Origin: Burkholderiaceae bacterium
Lineage (GTDB): Bacteria > Pseudomonadota > Gammaproteobacteria > Burkholderiales > Burkholderiaceae_E
DNA length: 41,005 nt
Direction of reading: 5' to 3'
Assembly: GCA_024641185.1 (NCBI GenBank)
Contig: JAHEDO010000365.1
Location: 1 to 41,005 of the forward strand
The notes below the pieces were generated by a model, which worked only from the letters and a program-made list of their open reading frames with translations, had not been told where the DNA came from and did not search any database. This document shows, piece after piece, positions 19,646-28,419 of this stretch. Numbering within the stretch: position 1 is the stretch's first letter; each line of letters opens with the position of its first letter. The position numbers and the translations under genes are program-made.

Positions 19646-21349
19646 CTACTGGTCCTTGGCGCCGTCGAGCTTGGCGCGCAGCAGGGCACCGAGGTTGGTC
19701 GTGCCGGTAGCGGCACCGCTCTCGGCCTGCATGCGCTGCATGGTCTCGGCGGTTTCGACGGTGTCCTTCGCCTTGATCGACAGGCTGATCGACCGGTTCT
19801 TGCGGTCGACGTTGATCACCATCGCCTCGACCTCCTCGCCTTCCTTCAGGACGTTGCGCGCGTCCTCGACGCGATCGCGGGAGATCTCGGAAGCACGCAG
19901 GTAGCCTTCGATGTCGTTGCCGAGATCGATCACCGCGCCGCGCGGCTCCACGCTCTTGACGCGGCCATTGACGACCACGCCCTTCTCGTAGGTACCGGCG
20001 TAGTTGGTGAACGGATCGCCCTCGAGCTGCTTGATGCCGAGCGAGATGCGCTCGCGCTCGGTGTCGATCGCGAGCACGACAGCCTCGACTTCATCACCCT
20101 TCTTGAACTCGCGCACCGCTTCCTCGCCGGCCTTGTGCCAGGAGAGGTCGGAGAGGTGCACCAGCCCGTCGATCCCGCCGGGCAGGCCGATGAACACGCC
20201 GAAGTCGGTGATCGACTTGATCGTGCCCTGGACCTTGTCGCCCTTGCGATGATTGTCGGAGAACTCTTCCCACGGGTTCGCCTTGCACTGCTTCATGCCG
20301 AGCGAGATGCGGCGGCGGTCCTCGTCGATCTCGAGCACCATCACCTCGACCTCGTCGTTGAGCGCGACGACCTTGCCCGGGTTGACGTTCTTGTTGGTCC
20401 AGTCCATCTCGGACACGTGGACCAGGCCCTCGATGCCCGGCTCGATCTCGACGAACGCACCGTAGTCGGTGATGTTGGTGACCTTGCCGAACATCCGCGT
20501 GCCCTGCGGATAGCGCCGGCCGATGCCCACCCACGGGTCGTCGCCGAGCTGCTTCACGCCCAGCGAGACGCGGTTCTTCTCCTGGTCGAACTTGAGGACC
20601 TTCGCGGTGACGTCCTGGCCGACCGACAGGACCTCCGACGGGTGACGCACGCGGCGCCACGCCATGTCGGTGATGTGCAGCAGGCCGTCGATGCCGCCGA
20701 GGTCGATGAACGCACCGTAGTCGGTGATGTTCTTGACGACGCCGTTGACGATCGCGCCTTCCTGCAGGGTCTCGAGCAGCTTCGCGCGCTCCTCGCCCTG
20801 CGTGAGTTCGATCACCGCGCGGCGCGAGACCACGACGTTGTTGCGCTTGCGATCGAGCTTGATCACCTTGAATTCGAACGTCTTGCCCTCGAACGGCGTG
20901 GTGTCCTTGACCGGGCGCGTGTCGATCAGCGAGCCGGGAAGGAACGCGCGGATGCCGTTGGTCATGACGGTGAGGCCGCCCTTGACCTTTCCGGTGATCG
21001 TGCCCTCTACCAGGTCGCCCGACTCCAGCGCTTTCTCGAGGTTGATCCAGGCGGCCAGCCGCTTCGCACGGTCGCGCGACAGGCGGGTCTCGCCGTAACC
21101 GTTCTCCAGCGCATCGATGGCGACCGATACGAAGTCGCCCTCCTGGACGTCGAGTTCGCCACGATCGTTGTGGAACTCCTCGATGTCGATGTAGCTCTCG
21201 GATTTCAGCCCCGCATTGACGACCACGAAGTTGTGATCGATGCGCACCACCTCGGCGGTGATGACCTCGCCGGCGCGCATTTCCTGGCGCGTGAGCGATT
21301 CTTCGAAGAGCTGGGCAAAACTTTCTTCAGCAGCAGCAACAGTGTTCAA
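19646..21349 (-). CDS. rpsA: 30S ribosomal protein S1 (TTG start inferred)
   Basis: [11 protein letters not shown]-terminus and repeated S1 domains ([28 protein letters not shown]). Confidence 0.97.
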   Translation of the reverse strand: MNTVAAAEESFAQLFEESLTRQEMRAGEVITAEVVRIDHNFVVVNAGLKSESYIDIEEFHNDRGELDVQEGDFVSVAIDALENGYGETRLSRDRAKRLAAWINLEKALESGDLVEGTITGKVKGGLTVMTNGIRAFLPGSLIDTRPVKDTTPFEGKTFEFKVIKLDRKRNNVVVSRRAVIELTQGEERAKLLETLQEGAIVNGVVKNITDYGAFIDLGGIDGLLHITDMAWRRVRHPSEVLSVGQDVTAKVLKFDQEKNRVSLGVKQLGDDPWVGIGRRYPQGTRMFGKVTNITDYGAFVEIEPGIEGLVHVSEMDWTNKNVNPGKVVALNDEVEVMVLEIDEDRRRISLGMKQCKANPWEEFSDNHRKGDKVQGTIKSITDFGVFIGLPGGIDGLVHLSDLSWHKAGEEAVREFKKGDEVEAVVLAIDTERERISLGIKQLEGDPFTNYAGTYEKGVVVNGRVKSVEPRGAVIDLGNDIEGYLRASEISRDRVEDARNVLKEGEEVEAMVINVDRKNRSISLSIKAKDTVETAETMQRMQAESGAATGTTNLGALLRAKLDGAKDQ

Positions 21350-21524
21350 TTTGAATTTCCGGATTGGTATAAAACACGCCGGGCCGTCGACGTCGTGCCA
21401 CTTGCGGGCAGTGACGCGCAAGGTCCAGCGGAGTTTTCGTCATGCGAACCTGAACGACGACCATGGCCTTCGCTCGGACCCGCCCCCTTCGGACTTCGAC
21501 CGGACACACCGCGAGCGGTGGACG

Positions 21525-22208
21525 TCAGGACTCCGTCCGGCGCCGATAGGCATCGAGCACCGCCTCGACCGTCTGTTCGATCGTGAGGTCGGTGGAATCG
21601 AGCAACAGCGCCCCTTGCGCAGGCTTCAACGGCGCGCTGGCGCGCTGCATGTCGCGCGCGTCGCGTTCCCTGAGATCCAGCAAAAGGTCGGTTAGATTAG
21701 CAGAAAAACCCTTTTCTATCAACTGCTTATGGCGCCTGATGGCGCGCGACTCCGCGCTGGCGGTCAGGAAGACCTTCAGGGAGGCGTCGGGGAAGATGGC
21801 GGTGCCCATGTCCCGCCCGTCGGCGACGAGCCCCGGCGGGCGCCTGAACGAGCGCTGCAGATCGACCAGGGCGGCCCGCAGCGCCGGGTGGACCGCGATC
21901 CGGGACGCCGCCGAGCCCACCGCTTCGGCACGGATCGCGTCGGCGACGTCCTGCCCGTCGACCAGGATCCGGCCCTGTGCGAATTGCGGCGCCAGCGCGC
22001 GGGCGAGTGCGGCGAGTGCCTCTTCGTCGTCGAGCGGCGTGCCGGCGCGCAGCGCGCGAAGCGCGGCGATCCGGTAGAGCGCGCCGGAATCCAGGTAGTG
22101 CCATCCGAAGGCGTCGGCGACCCGCTGCGCGATCGTCCCCTTGCCTGAGGCGGTGGGACCGTCGATCGCGATCACCGGCGGCGCGTTGTCGTCGTGATCG
22201 TCGGTCAC
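21525..22208 (-). CDS. cmk: Cytidylate kinase
   Basis: [21 protein letters not shown] and ADGRDMGT motifs; GTG start with GAGG RBS. Confidence 0.97.
   Translation of the reverse strand: MTDDHDDNAPPVIAIDGPTASGKGTIAQRVADAFGWHYLDSGALYRIAALRALRAGTPLDDEEALAALARALAPQFAQGRILVDGQDVADAIRAEAVGSAASRIAVHPALRAALVDLQRSFRRPPGLVADGRDMGTAIFPDASLKVFLTASAESRAIRRHKQLIEKGFSANLTDLLLDLRERDARDMQRASAPLKPAQGALLLDSTDLTIEQTVEAVLDAYRRRTES
21694..21722 (-). promoter_or_regulatory. Sigma70 promoter inside cmk, probably driving rpsA-ihfB-lap
   Basis: TTGATA-N17-TAATCT with extended TG, in an AT-rich patch of atypical codons within cmk. Confidence 0.7.
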
Positions 22209-22249
22209 GCGGCGTCCTCTCTCGTTCGGACCGGCAGGGCTGGCAGCCG

Positions 22250-23572
22250 TCAGGCGTCGGTCTGCTCGACCGACAGTCCGGCGCGAGATGCCAGGTCCGG
22301 GAAGCCGGGAAACGAGGTCGCCACGTTGGCGGTGTCGCGGATCACCAGCCTGCCAGAGGCGCGCGGTGCCGAGATCGCGAACGACATCGCGATCCGGTGA
22401 TCACCGTGCGACTCGATCGTCGCTCCGCCGAATACCTGCGCCGCGTCGCCGCGGCCCTGCACGACCATTCCGTCCGGTGTGGGCTGCGCGTCGACGCCGA
22501 GCAGGCGCAGGCCGTCGGCCATCACCGCGATCCGGTCCGACTCCTTGACCCGCAGTTCCTGCGCGCCGGTGACGACCGTGCGTCCCGTCGCGCAGGCCGC
22601 GGCGACAAACAGCGCGGGGAACTCGTCGATCGCCAGCGGAACGAGCTCCGGCGGCACCTCGATGCCACGCAGCGACGCCGCGCGGACCCGCAGATCCGCC
22701 ACCGGCTCGCCGCCGACCGCGCGCTGACGCAGGACTTCGATGTCCGCGCCCATCAGACGCAGGATCTCGAGCACGCCGGTGCGGGTCGGATTCACGCCCA
22801 CGTGTTCCAGCACCAGGTCCGAACCGGGCGCGATCGACGCCGCGACGAGAAAGAACGCCGCCGACGAAATGTCCGAAGGCACGTCGATCGACGTCGCGCG
22901 AAGCCGCTGGCCGCCCTGCAGCGTGACCCTGCCACCTTCGCGCCGCACCTGAACGCCGAAACCCTCCAGCATCCGCTCCGTGTGGTCGCGCGTGGGCGCC
23001 GGTTCGATCACCGAAGTCGCGCCGTCGGCATAGAGCCCTGCAAGCAGCACGGCTGACTTGACCTGGGCGCTGGCGACCGGCATCCGGAACTCGATTCCCT
23101 GCAGCTTCGGCACCGGCCGGATGCGCACCGGTGGGGTGCCGTCGGCGGTCTCGATGTCGGCCCCCATCCGGGCCAGCGGCTCGGCCACGCGCCGCATCGG
23201 CCGCCGCGACAGGCTCTCGTCACCGACGAGGGTCGAGGCGAAGCGCTGCCCGGCAAGCAGCCCCATGAGCAGGCGCATCGCCGTGCCCGCGTTGCCGCAG
23301 TCGAGCGCCGCCTCGGTGCCGCGCAGGCCGTGCAGGCCGACGCCGTGCACGGTGACGTGCCCGTTGCGCGGGCCGTCGATGCGCACGCCAAGCGCTCGAA
23401 ACACGTTCATCGTCGAGATCGCATCGGCGCCCTCGAGAAAACCCGTCACCTCGGTGACGCCGTCGGCGAGGGCGCCGAGCATGATCGCGCGATGCGAGAT
23501 CGACTTGTCCCCCGGGACCCGCAAGCTTCCGGTCAAACGGCCGCCGGGCTCGACCCGGAATGCAGAGGGCAT
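22250..23572 (-). CDS. aroA: 3-phosphoshikimate 1-carboxyvinyltransferase (class II-type EPSP synthase)
   Basis: [41 protein letters not shown] and DHRIAM motifs. Confidence 0.96.
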   Translation of the reverse strand: MPSAFRVEPGGRLTGSLRVPGDKSISHRAIMLGALADGVTEVTGFLEGADAISTMNVFRALGVRIDGPRNGHVTVHGVGLHGLRGTEAALDCGNAGTAMRLLMGLLAGQRFASTLVGDESLSRRPMRRVAEPLARMGADIETADGTPPVRIRPVPKLQGIEFRMPVASAQVKSAVLLAGLYADGATSVIEPAPTRDHTERMLEGFGVQVRREGGRVTLQGGQRLRATSIDVPSDISSAAFFLVAASIAPGSDLVLEHVGVNPTRTGVLEILRLMGADIEVLRQRAVGGEPVADLRVRAASLRGIEVPPELVPLAIDEFPALFVAAACATGRTVVTGAQELRVKESDRIAVMADGLRLLGVDAQPTPDGMVVQGRGDAAQVFGGATIESHGDHRIAMSFAISAPRASGRLVIRDTANVATSFPGFPDLASRAGLSVEQTDA

Positions 23573-23651
23573 GAAAAAGTTCCTGTTGCGGCGAGAAGGG
23601 AAGACGGAAACTCGATCCGTCATGCAGACAGGCGTCTGCGAGTTCCCCAGC

Positions 23652-23657
23652 ATTCTA
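23652..23657 (-). promoter_or_regulatory. Candidate -10 box (TAGAAT) upstream of aroA
   Basis: GCTAGAAT on the minus strand about 80 nt upstream of the aroA ATG; no convincing -35. Confidence 0.4.
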
Positions 23658-23689
23658 GCGGGACCCACATGGACACCGGAACACCCGAT

Positions 23690-24091
23690 ATGTCAACGGT
23701 CGAAGGCGCCGTCAAGGCGATGATCCGCAGGATCTCTCGCGAGGCGCGCGGCCAGGAGGAGTCGGTTCCAACGCGCATCCGTGACTGCCGCAGCCGCGCA
23801 CTCGACGACGCTGCGATCCGGCTGCTCGAAACGCTGCCTCCGTCACTGCGGATGGTCGCTCTGCGCGGCCAGTTCCCGCGAGTCATGAATCGTATCGCCG
23901 ACGCCTGGAACTCCCCGCGCACTTTTTCCGCGCTCATCGACTCGCTGATACTCGACAGTCGGGGCCAGCGCCAGGGCTTCCCGTTCGAGGTCATGATCGA
24001 AATCACCGAACTGCGCGATTACTACTTCTCGATGGTGCGCCCCGAGGCGCAGCCGAGAACGAGCGCGCCCGGGTTCCGCAGCTATCGCTGA
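23690..24091 (+). CDS. Hypothetical protein (FPR..N.IA..W / D.RG.RQGFP motif type); start could be 23669 or 23720
   Basis: Fills the 600-bp gap between aroA and tyrA. Normal protein composition, with a motif pattern I recognise from uncharacterised betaproteobacterial proteins. Confidence 0.75.
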   Translation: MSTVEGAVKAMIRRISREARGQEESVPTRIRDCRSRALDDAAIRLLETLPPSLRMVALRGQFPRVMNRIADAWNSPRTFSALIDSLILDSRGQRQGFPFEVMIEITELRDYYFSMVRPEAQPRTSAPGFRSYR

Positions 24092-24117
24092 CGCGCGTCC
24101 TGCGCGCGTTCCCGCGT

Positions 24118-24150
24118 CGGCGCCGCGTGCGGCGCCGCGTGTGGCGCCGC
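24118..24150. repeat. 12-bp tandem repeat (CGGCGCCGCGTG x about 2.7) between convergent genes
   Basis: CGGCGCCGCGTG CGGCGCCGCGTG TGGCGCCGC. Confidence 0.75.
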
Positions 24151-24169
24151 AACTTCGCGTCCGCGATGT

Positions 24170-25030
24170 TCAGGGCAACCGACGCCGCCAGCGACTGGCC
24201 GTCTCGAACCGCTCCACCAGCGCCTGACGGTCCCCGCGACCCAGCGCTTCGACCATCGCGTGGAGTTCGCGCTCGAAGGCCCGCGCGCAATCCAGCACCG
24301 CGTCACGATTGTCGAGCACGATGTCCGCCCACAAGGCTGCCGACGAGGCGCCGATGCGCGTCGTGTCGCGCAGGCCGGCGCCGGCGAAACGAAGCGCGTC
24401 CTGTGCCTGCGAACCCTGCGCGATCGCGGCGCACAGCGTGAACACCGCCGCGTGCGGCCAGTGCGAGATCTCGGCGAACAGGCGGTCGTGCCGTTGCACC
24501 TCCATCTGCGCGACACGCGCGCCGAGCCCCGTCCAGAACCCTGCAACCCGCTCCTGCGCCTGCGGGTCGGTTTCCGGCTCGGGACAAAGCAGCGTGATGC
24601 AGCCGTCGAACAGGTCTGCGCGCGACGAGGCCGGACCGTGCGTCTCGGCGCCCGCGATCGGATGCGCCGCGACGAAGCGCGCAAACGCGGGACCGAGCGC
24701 CGAGCGCGCGGCCGCAACGATGCTGCGCTTCGTGCTGGCGGTGTCGGTCACGAGCGCATGCGGCGCGAGTTCGCCGGCAATCTGCGCGAGCAGCCCCTGC
24801 ATCGCAGGGATAGGCGCGGCGAGCACGATCAGATCGGCGCCGCGGGCCGCCGACGCGGCGTCAGGCGCCGCGCTGTCGATCAGGCCCAGCGCCTGCGCGT
24901 CGCGCGCGTCGTCACCGGGCGCATAACCGACCAGTTCGGCCGCAACGCCGCGCGCGCGCGCCGCAGCCGCGACCGATCCGCCGATCAGGCCGACGCCGAG
25001 AACGGCAACGCGCTGGAAGAGCGGTGTCAC
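24170..25030 (-). CDS. tyrA: Prephenate/arogenate (cyclohexadienyl) dehydrogenase (GTG start inferred)
   Basis: GVGLIGGS, TDTASTK, HPIAGAE, HDRLFA.ISH.PH and LRDTTRIG motifs. Confidence 0.92.
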   Translation of the reverse strand: MTPLFQRVAVLGVGLIGGSVAAAARARGVAAELVGYAPGDDARDAQALGLIDSAAPDAASAARGADLIVLAAPIPAMQGLLAQIAGELAPHALVTDTASTKRSIVAAARSALGPAFARFVAAHPIAGAETHGPASSRADLFDGCITLLCPEPETDPQAQERVAGFWTGLGARVAQMEVQRHDRLFAEISHWPHAAVFTLCAAIAQGSQAQDALRFAGAGLRDTTRIGASSAALWADIVLDNRDAVLDCARAFERELHAMVEALGRGDRQALVERFETASRWRRRLP

Positions 25031-25073
25031 GCGGATCAGTACCCGTTCAGGCTGCGACCAGGACCGCTCGGCG

Positions 25074-26171
25074 CTAGTCGCGACCGAGCGCCTTGGCGAG
25101 CGCCGCGAGGAACACGTCGTTCTCCCGCGGAAGTCCCACCGATACGCGCAGCCACTCCGGCAGCCCGTAGTTGGCCACCGGTCGAACGATGACACCGGCG
25201 CGCAACAGCCGCTCGTTGACTTCCTTCGCGTCGCCGACGCGCACCAGGACGAAGTTGCCGAAGGACGGGACGTACTCCAGCCCCATCCGGGCGAACGCGG
25301 ACTGCAGCCGCTGCAACCCCTGCATGTTGATCTCGTAGCTGCGCTCCAGGAAGGCTTCGTCGTCGAGCGCGGCCACCGCCGCGGCTTGGGCCACGGAATT
25401 CACGTTGAACGGCTGCCGCACCCGGTTCAGCAGATCCGTCAGCTCGCCCTGGGCGAGCCCGAAGCCGACGCGCAGGCCGGCAAGCCCGTAGGCCTTCGAG
25501 AAGGTGCGCGAGATCAGCAGGTTCGGGTGCCGGCGCAGCCACTCGGTGGAATCGAAGCGCAATTCCGCCGGAAGGTACTCGTTGTAGGCCTCGTCGAGCA
25601 CGACCACCACGTCGGCGGGAACGCTGTCGATGAAGCGCGCCATCATCGGAGCCGGAACGAAGGTGCCGGTCGGATTGTTCGGATTGGCCACGAACACCAG
25701 TCGGGTATCGGGCGCGATCGCCGCCGACATCGCGTCGAGGTCGTGCCCGAGTTCCCTGGCGGGAACGACGATCGCCCGGGCGCCCACTTCCTGCGTCGCC
25801 AGCGCGTAGACCGCGAACGAGTGCTGCGCGTACACGACCGACTGGCCCGGTTGCACCAGTGCGTGCGCGGCGAGCTCGAGGATGTCGTTGGAGCCGTTGC
25901 CCAGCGTCACCCACTCCGCGGGCACGCCGTACTTGCGACAGATCGCCGCCTTCAGTTCGAAGCCGTTGGAATCCGGGTAGCGCGCGAGTTCGCCGACCGA
26001 AGCCATCATCGCCTGGCGCGCCGACTCGGGCATGCCAAGCGGGTTCTCGTTCGACGCGAGCTTCACGATGCTCGCCTCCTCGAGGCCGTACTCGCGCGCG
26101 AGCTCCGAGATCGGCTTGCCCGCCTGGTACGGAGCGATGCGACGGACGTAGTCCGGGGCGTGGATGCTCAT
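25074..26171 (-). CDS. hisC: Histidinol-phosphate/aromatic aminotransferase
   Basis: KLASNENP, NPNNPTG, DEAY and RTFSKAYGLAGLR (PLP Lys) motifs. Confidence 0.95.
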   Translation of the reverse strand: MSIHAPDYVRRIAPYQAGKPISELAREYGLEEASIVKLASNENPLGMPESARQAMMASVGELARYPDSNGFELKAAICRKYGVPAEWVTLGNGSNDILELAAHALVQPGQSVVYAQHSFAVYALATQEVGARAIVVPARELGHDLDAMSAAIAPDTRLVFVANPNNPTGTFVPAPMMARFIDSVPADVVVVLDEAYNEYLPAELRFDSTEWLRRHPNLLISRTFSKAYGLAGLRVGFGLAQGELTDLLNRVRQPFNVNSVAQAAAVAALDDEAFLERSYEINMQGLQRLQSAFARMGLEYVPSFGNFVLVRVGDAKEVNERLLRAGVIVRPVANYGLPEWLRVSVGLPRENDVFLAALAKALGRD

Positions 26172-26183
26172 GGTCGTCTCCGG

Positions 26184-27287
26184 TCAACCGGCGCGCGGGT
26201 AAGACCCGATCACCTTGCAATAGGCGGCGTTCGCGCGCAGTTCCGCGAGTGCGCCCGCAACGGCCTGATCTCGCTGATGGCCGATGACGTCGATGTAGAA
26301 GTAATACTCCCAGGTCCCCTGGCGAGCGGGACGGGATTCGAAACGCTTCATCGAAACCCCGTGCCTCGCCAGAGGCTCGATCAGCGCGTGCATCGCACCG
26401 GCGCGATCGGGCACCGACAGGATCAGCGAGGTCTGGTCGTCGCCTGACGGCGCGCAGTCGTAGTGACCGACGACCGCAAAGCGCGTCCGGTTGTGGGGAT
26501 CGTCCTGGATTCCGGGCGCCACGATCTTCAGGCCGTAGCGCACGGCGGCAACTTCGCTCGCCACCGCCGCCGTGTGCGGCTCGACCGATGCCAGCCTGGC
26601 CGCCTCCGAGTTGCTCGACACCGGCACGCGTTCGATGCCCTGGGCATTGCGGTCGAGCCAGCCGAGACACTGCGCCAGCGCCTGCGAGTGCGCGCAGACG
26701 CGCTGCACGCCCTCCATGCTGCCGCTGGCCGTCAGCAGGTTGTGCCGCACCGGAACCGAGACCTCGCCGCAGATCCGCAGCGGCGTCTGAAGAAAGAGGT
26801 CGAGCGAGCGGTTGACCGCGCCCTCCGACGAATTCTCGACCGGCACGACGCCGAAGTCCGCCGTGCCCGCCTCGGTCGCGCGAAAGATCTCGTCGATGCT
26901 CTGGCAGGCCAGCGGGTCGACGCCGCTGCCGAAATACGCGAGCAGCGCCTGCTCGGAAAAGGTGCCCGGGGGTCCCAGGTACGCGACGCGCATGCGCCGC
27001 TCGAGCTCGCGGCAGGCGGAGATCACCTCGCGATAGACCGCTTCGATGGCGGCGCCCGACAGCGGTCCCTTGCTCAGTGATCGCATCCGTGCGATCACCT
27101 GCGCCTCCCGCTCGGGACGGAACACCGGGGCATCGATCTCCCGCTTGACCTCACCGACCTCGGTCGCCAGCTGCGCGCGCCGGTTGAGCAGTTCGACGAC
27201 GCTGGCGTCGACCGCGTCGATCTTCTCGCGCAGGACGGCGAGCCGCGCCTCGACTGGGGGCTTCGGTTCGACGGGCGGATTGCTCAT
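26184..27287 (-). CDS. pheA: Bifunctional chorismate mutase/prephenate dehydratase (P-protein)
   Basis: LREKID chorismate mutase domain; LGPPGTFS, PVENSSEG, NRTRF; ACT-domain ESRP. Confidence 0.96.
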   Translation of the reverse strand: MSNPPVEPKPPVEARLAVLREKIDAVDASVVELLNRRAQLATEVGEVKREIDAPVFRPEREAQVIARMRSLSKGPLSGAAIEAVYREVISACRELERRMRVAYLGPPGTFSEQALLAYFGSGVDPLACQSIDEIFRATEAGTADFGVVPVENSSEGAVNRSLDLFLQTPLRICGEVSVPVRHNLLTASGSMEGVQRVCAHSQALAQCLGWLDRNAQGIERVPVSSNSEAARLASVEPHTAAVASEVAAVRYGLKIVAPGIQDDPHNRTRFAVVGHYDCAPSGDDQTSLILSVPDRAGAMHALIEPLARHGVSMKRFESRPARQGTWEYYFYIDVIGHQRDQAVAGALAELRANAAYCKVIGSYPRAG

Positions 27288-27320
27288 GACATTCGGATCC
27301 GGGGCTGCGCAAGGATAGCG

Positions 27321-27329
27321 ATGTTAGCA
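27321..27329 (-). promoter_or_regulatory. Candidate extended -10 (TGCTAACAT) for pheA
   Basis: TGn-TAACAT about 35 nt upstream of the ATG in an AT-richer gap. Confidence 0.4.
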
Positions 27330-27386
27330 AACGGGGATTGCCGATCCGCGCACGGCGGGCAGGCGATCCCTGCGCGGCCCCGGGGC

Positions 27387-28343
27387 TCAGCGGCCCAGAA
27401 AGCCCAGCAGAGGACCAATCGTCAGACCGGTTGCCACGGTCGACAAAGTGACGCCGGCGCTGACCGGTGCCAGTCCGGCCTGGTAGCGCTGCGCCAGCAG
27501 GTAGGCATTGGCCCCGATCGGCAGTGACGCCGCCACCGTCAGCACCGAGAGCGTCAGCTGGTCCAGTCCGAAGATCCACCGGCCCGCCGCGTAAACGGCG
27601 AGGGGCTGCACGAGGCTCTTCATCAGCGTCAATCGGAGTGCTGTGCCCAGTTCGGCGCGCGGGTCGAACTGCACCAGCGAAGCGCCGAGCAGGATCAGGC
27701 ACAGCGTGGGAGCGGCGCCCCCGATCAGCGAGAGCGTCGCGTCGATCGGCGCCGGCAGCGTCCATCCGGTCTGGGCCCAGGCGAACCCCGCGATGATCGG
27801 CACGATCACCGGATGCAGGACCGCCGTCCTGACGACATCGACGAACGTCGCGATCCAGCGAGACCGCCGCGCGTGTGCCCCTTCCCCCGAGAGGTCGCCG
27901 GCTGCGCGCTCCCCGATTTCCACGACCAGCGTGGCCAGCGTCAGCAGGAACAGTGCATGCAAGGCGATCAGGGACAGCAGCACCGCCAGGCCGCGCTCGC
28001 CGTAGGCCAGTCGCACCAGCGGCACGCCGAGCATCACCAGGTTGCCGTACGTCCCTGACATCCCGAACACGGTTGCCGTCCTTACGCTGGCGCCCCGCCG
28101 GCGAAGGACCAGATAGGCGAGCGCGAACAGGGCCACGCCGGTTCCGAAGTAGGCCGCCGGCGCGAGCATCGGGAACGCCGCAAAGTCGGTGCGCGCCATC
28201 GCGCGGAACAACAGCGCGGGCAGGAACAGCATGAAGGAAAGATCAGACATCGCCTTCACGCCGTCGTCGCCGACGACGCGCAGCCGCGCCGCGCCGTAGC
28301 CGATGGCGATCAGCAGGAATATCGGAAGAAGGATGCTGCTCAT
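27387..28343 (-). CDS. AEC (auxin efflux carrier/malonate MdcF-like) family transporter
   Basis: ILLPIFLLIAIGY, LPALLF, GN..MLGVPL, KSLVQP and SLPIGANAYL motifs; about 10 hydrophobic segments. Confidence 0.88.
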   Translation of the reverse strand: MSSILLPIFLLIAIGYGAARLRVVGDDGVKAMSDLSFMLFLPALLFRAMARTDFAAFPMLAPAAYFGTGVALFALAYLVLRRRGASVRTATVFGMSGTYGNLVMLGVPLVRLAYGERGLAVLLSLIALHALFLLTLATLVVEIGERAAGDLSGEGAHARRSRWIATFVDVVRTAVLHPVIVPIIAGFAWAQTGWTLPAPIDATLSLIGGAAPTLCLILLGASLVQFDPRAELGTALRLTLMKSLVQPLAVYAAGRWIFGLDQLTLSVLTVAASLPIGANAYLLAQRYQAGLAPVSAGVTLSTVATGLTIGPLLGFLGR

Positions 28344-28419
28344 CGGACGCTTCGCGTCCCCGCCACGCAGCCCGGGCGCGCAACCGCGGACGGCTGCCCG
28401 CGGGGCTGCCCGGCGCGAC

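Noticed and set aside
20135-21586. Long antisense ORFs opposite rpsA, pilT (9217-10389), gyrA (29236-31029) and proA (4238-5542)
   Set aside because: In-register antisense ORFs caused by strong codon bias; no motifs.
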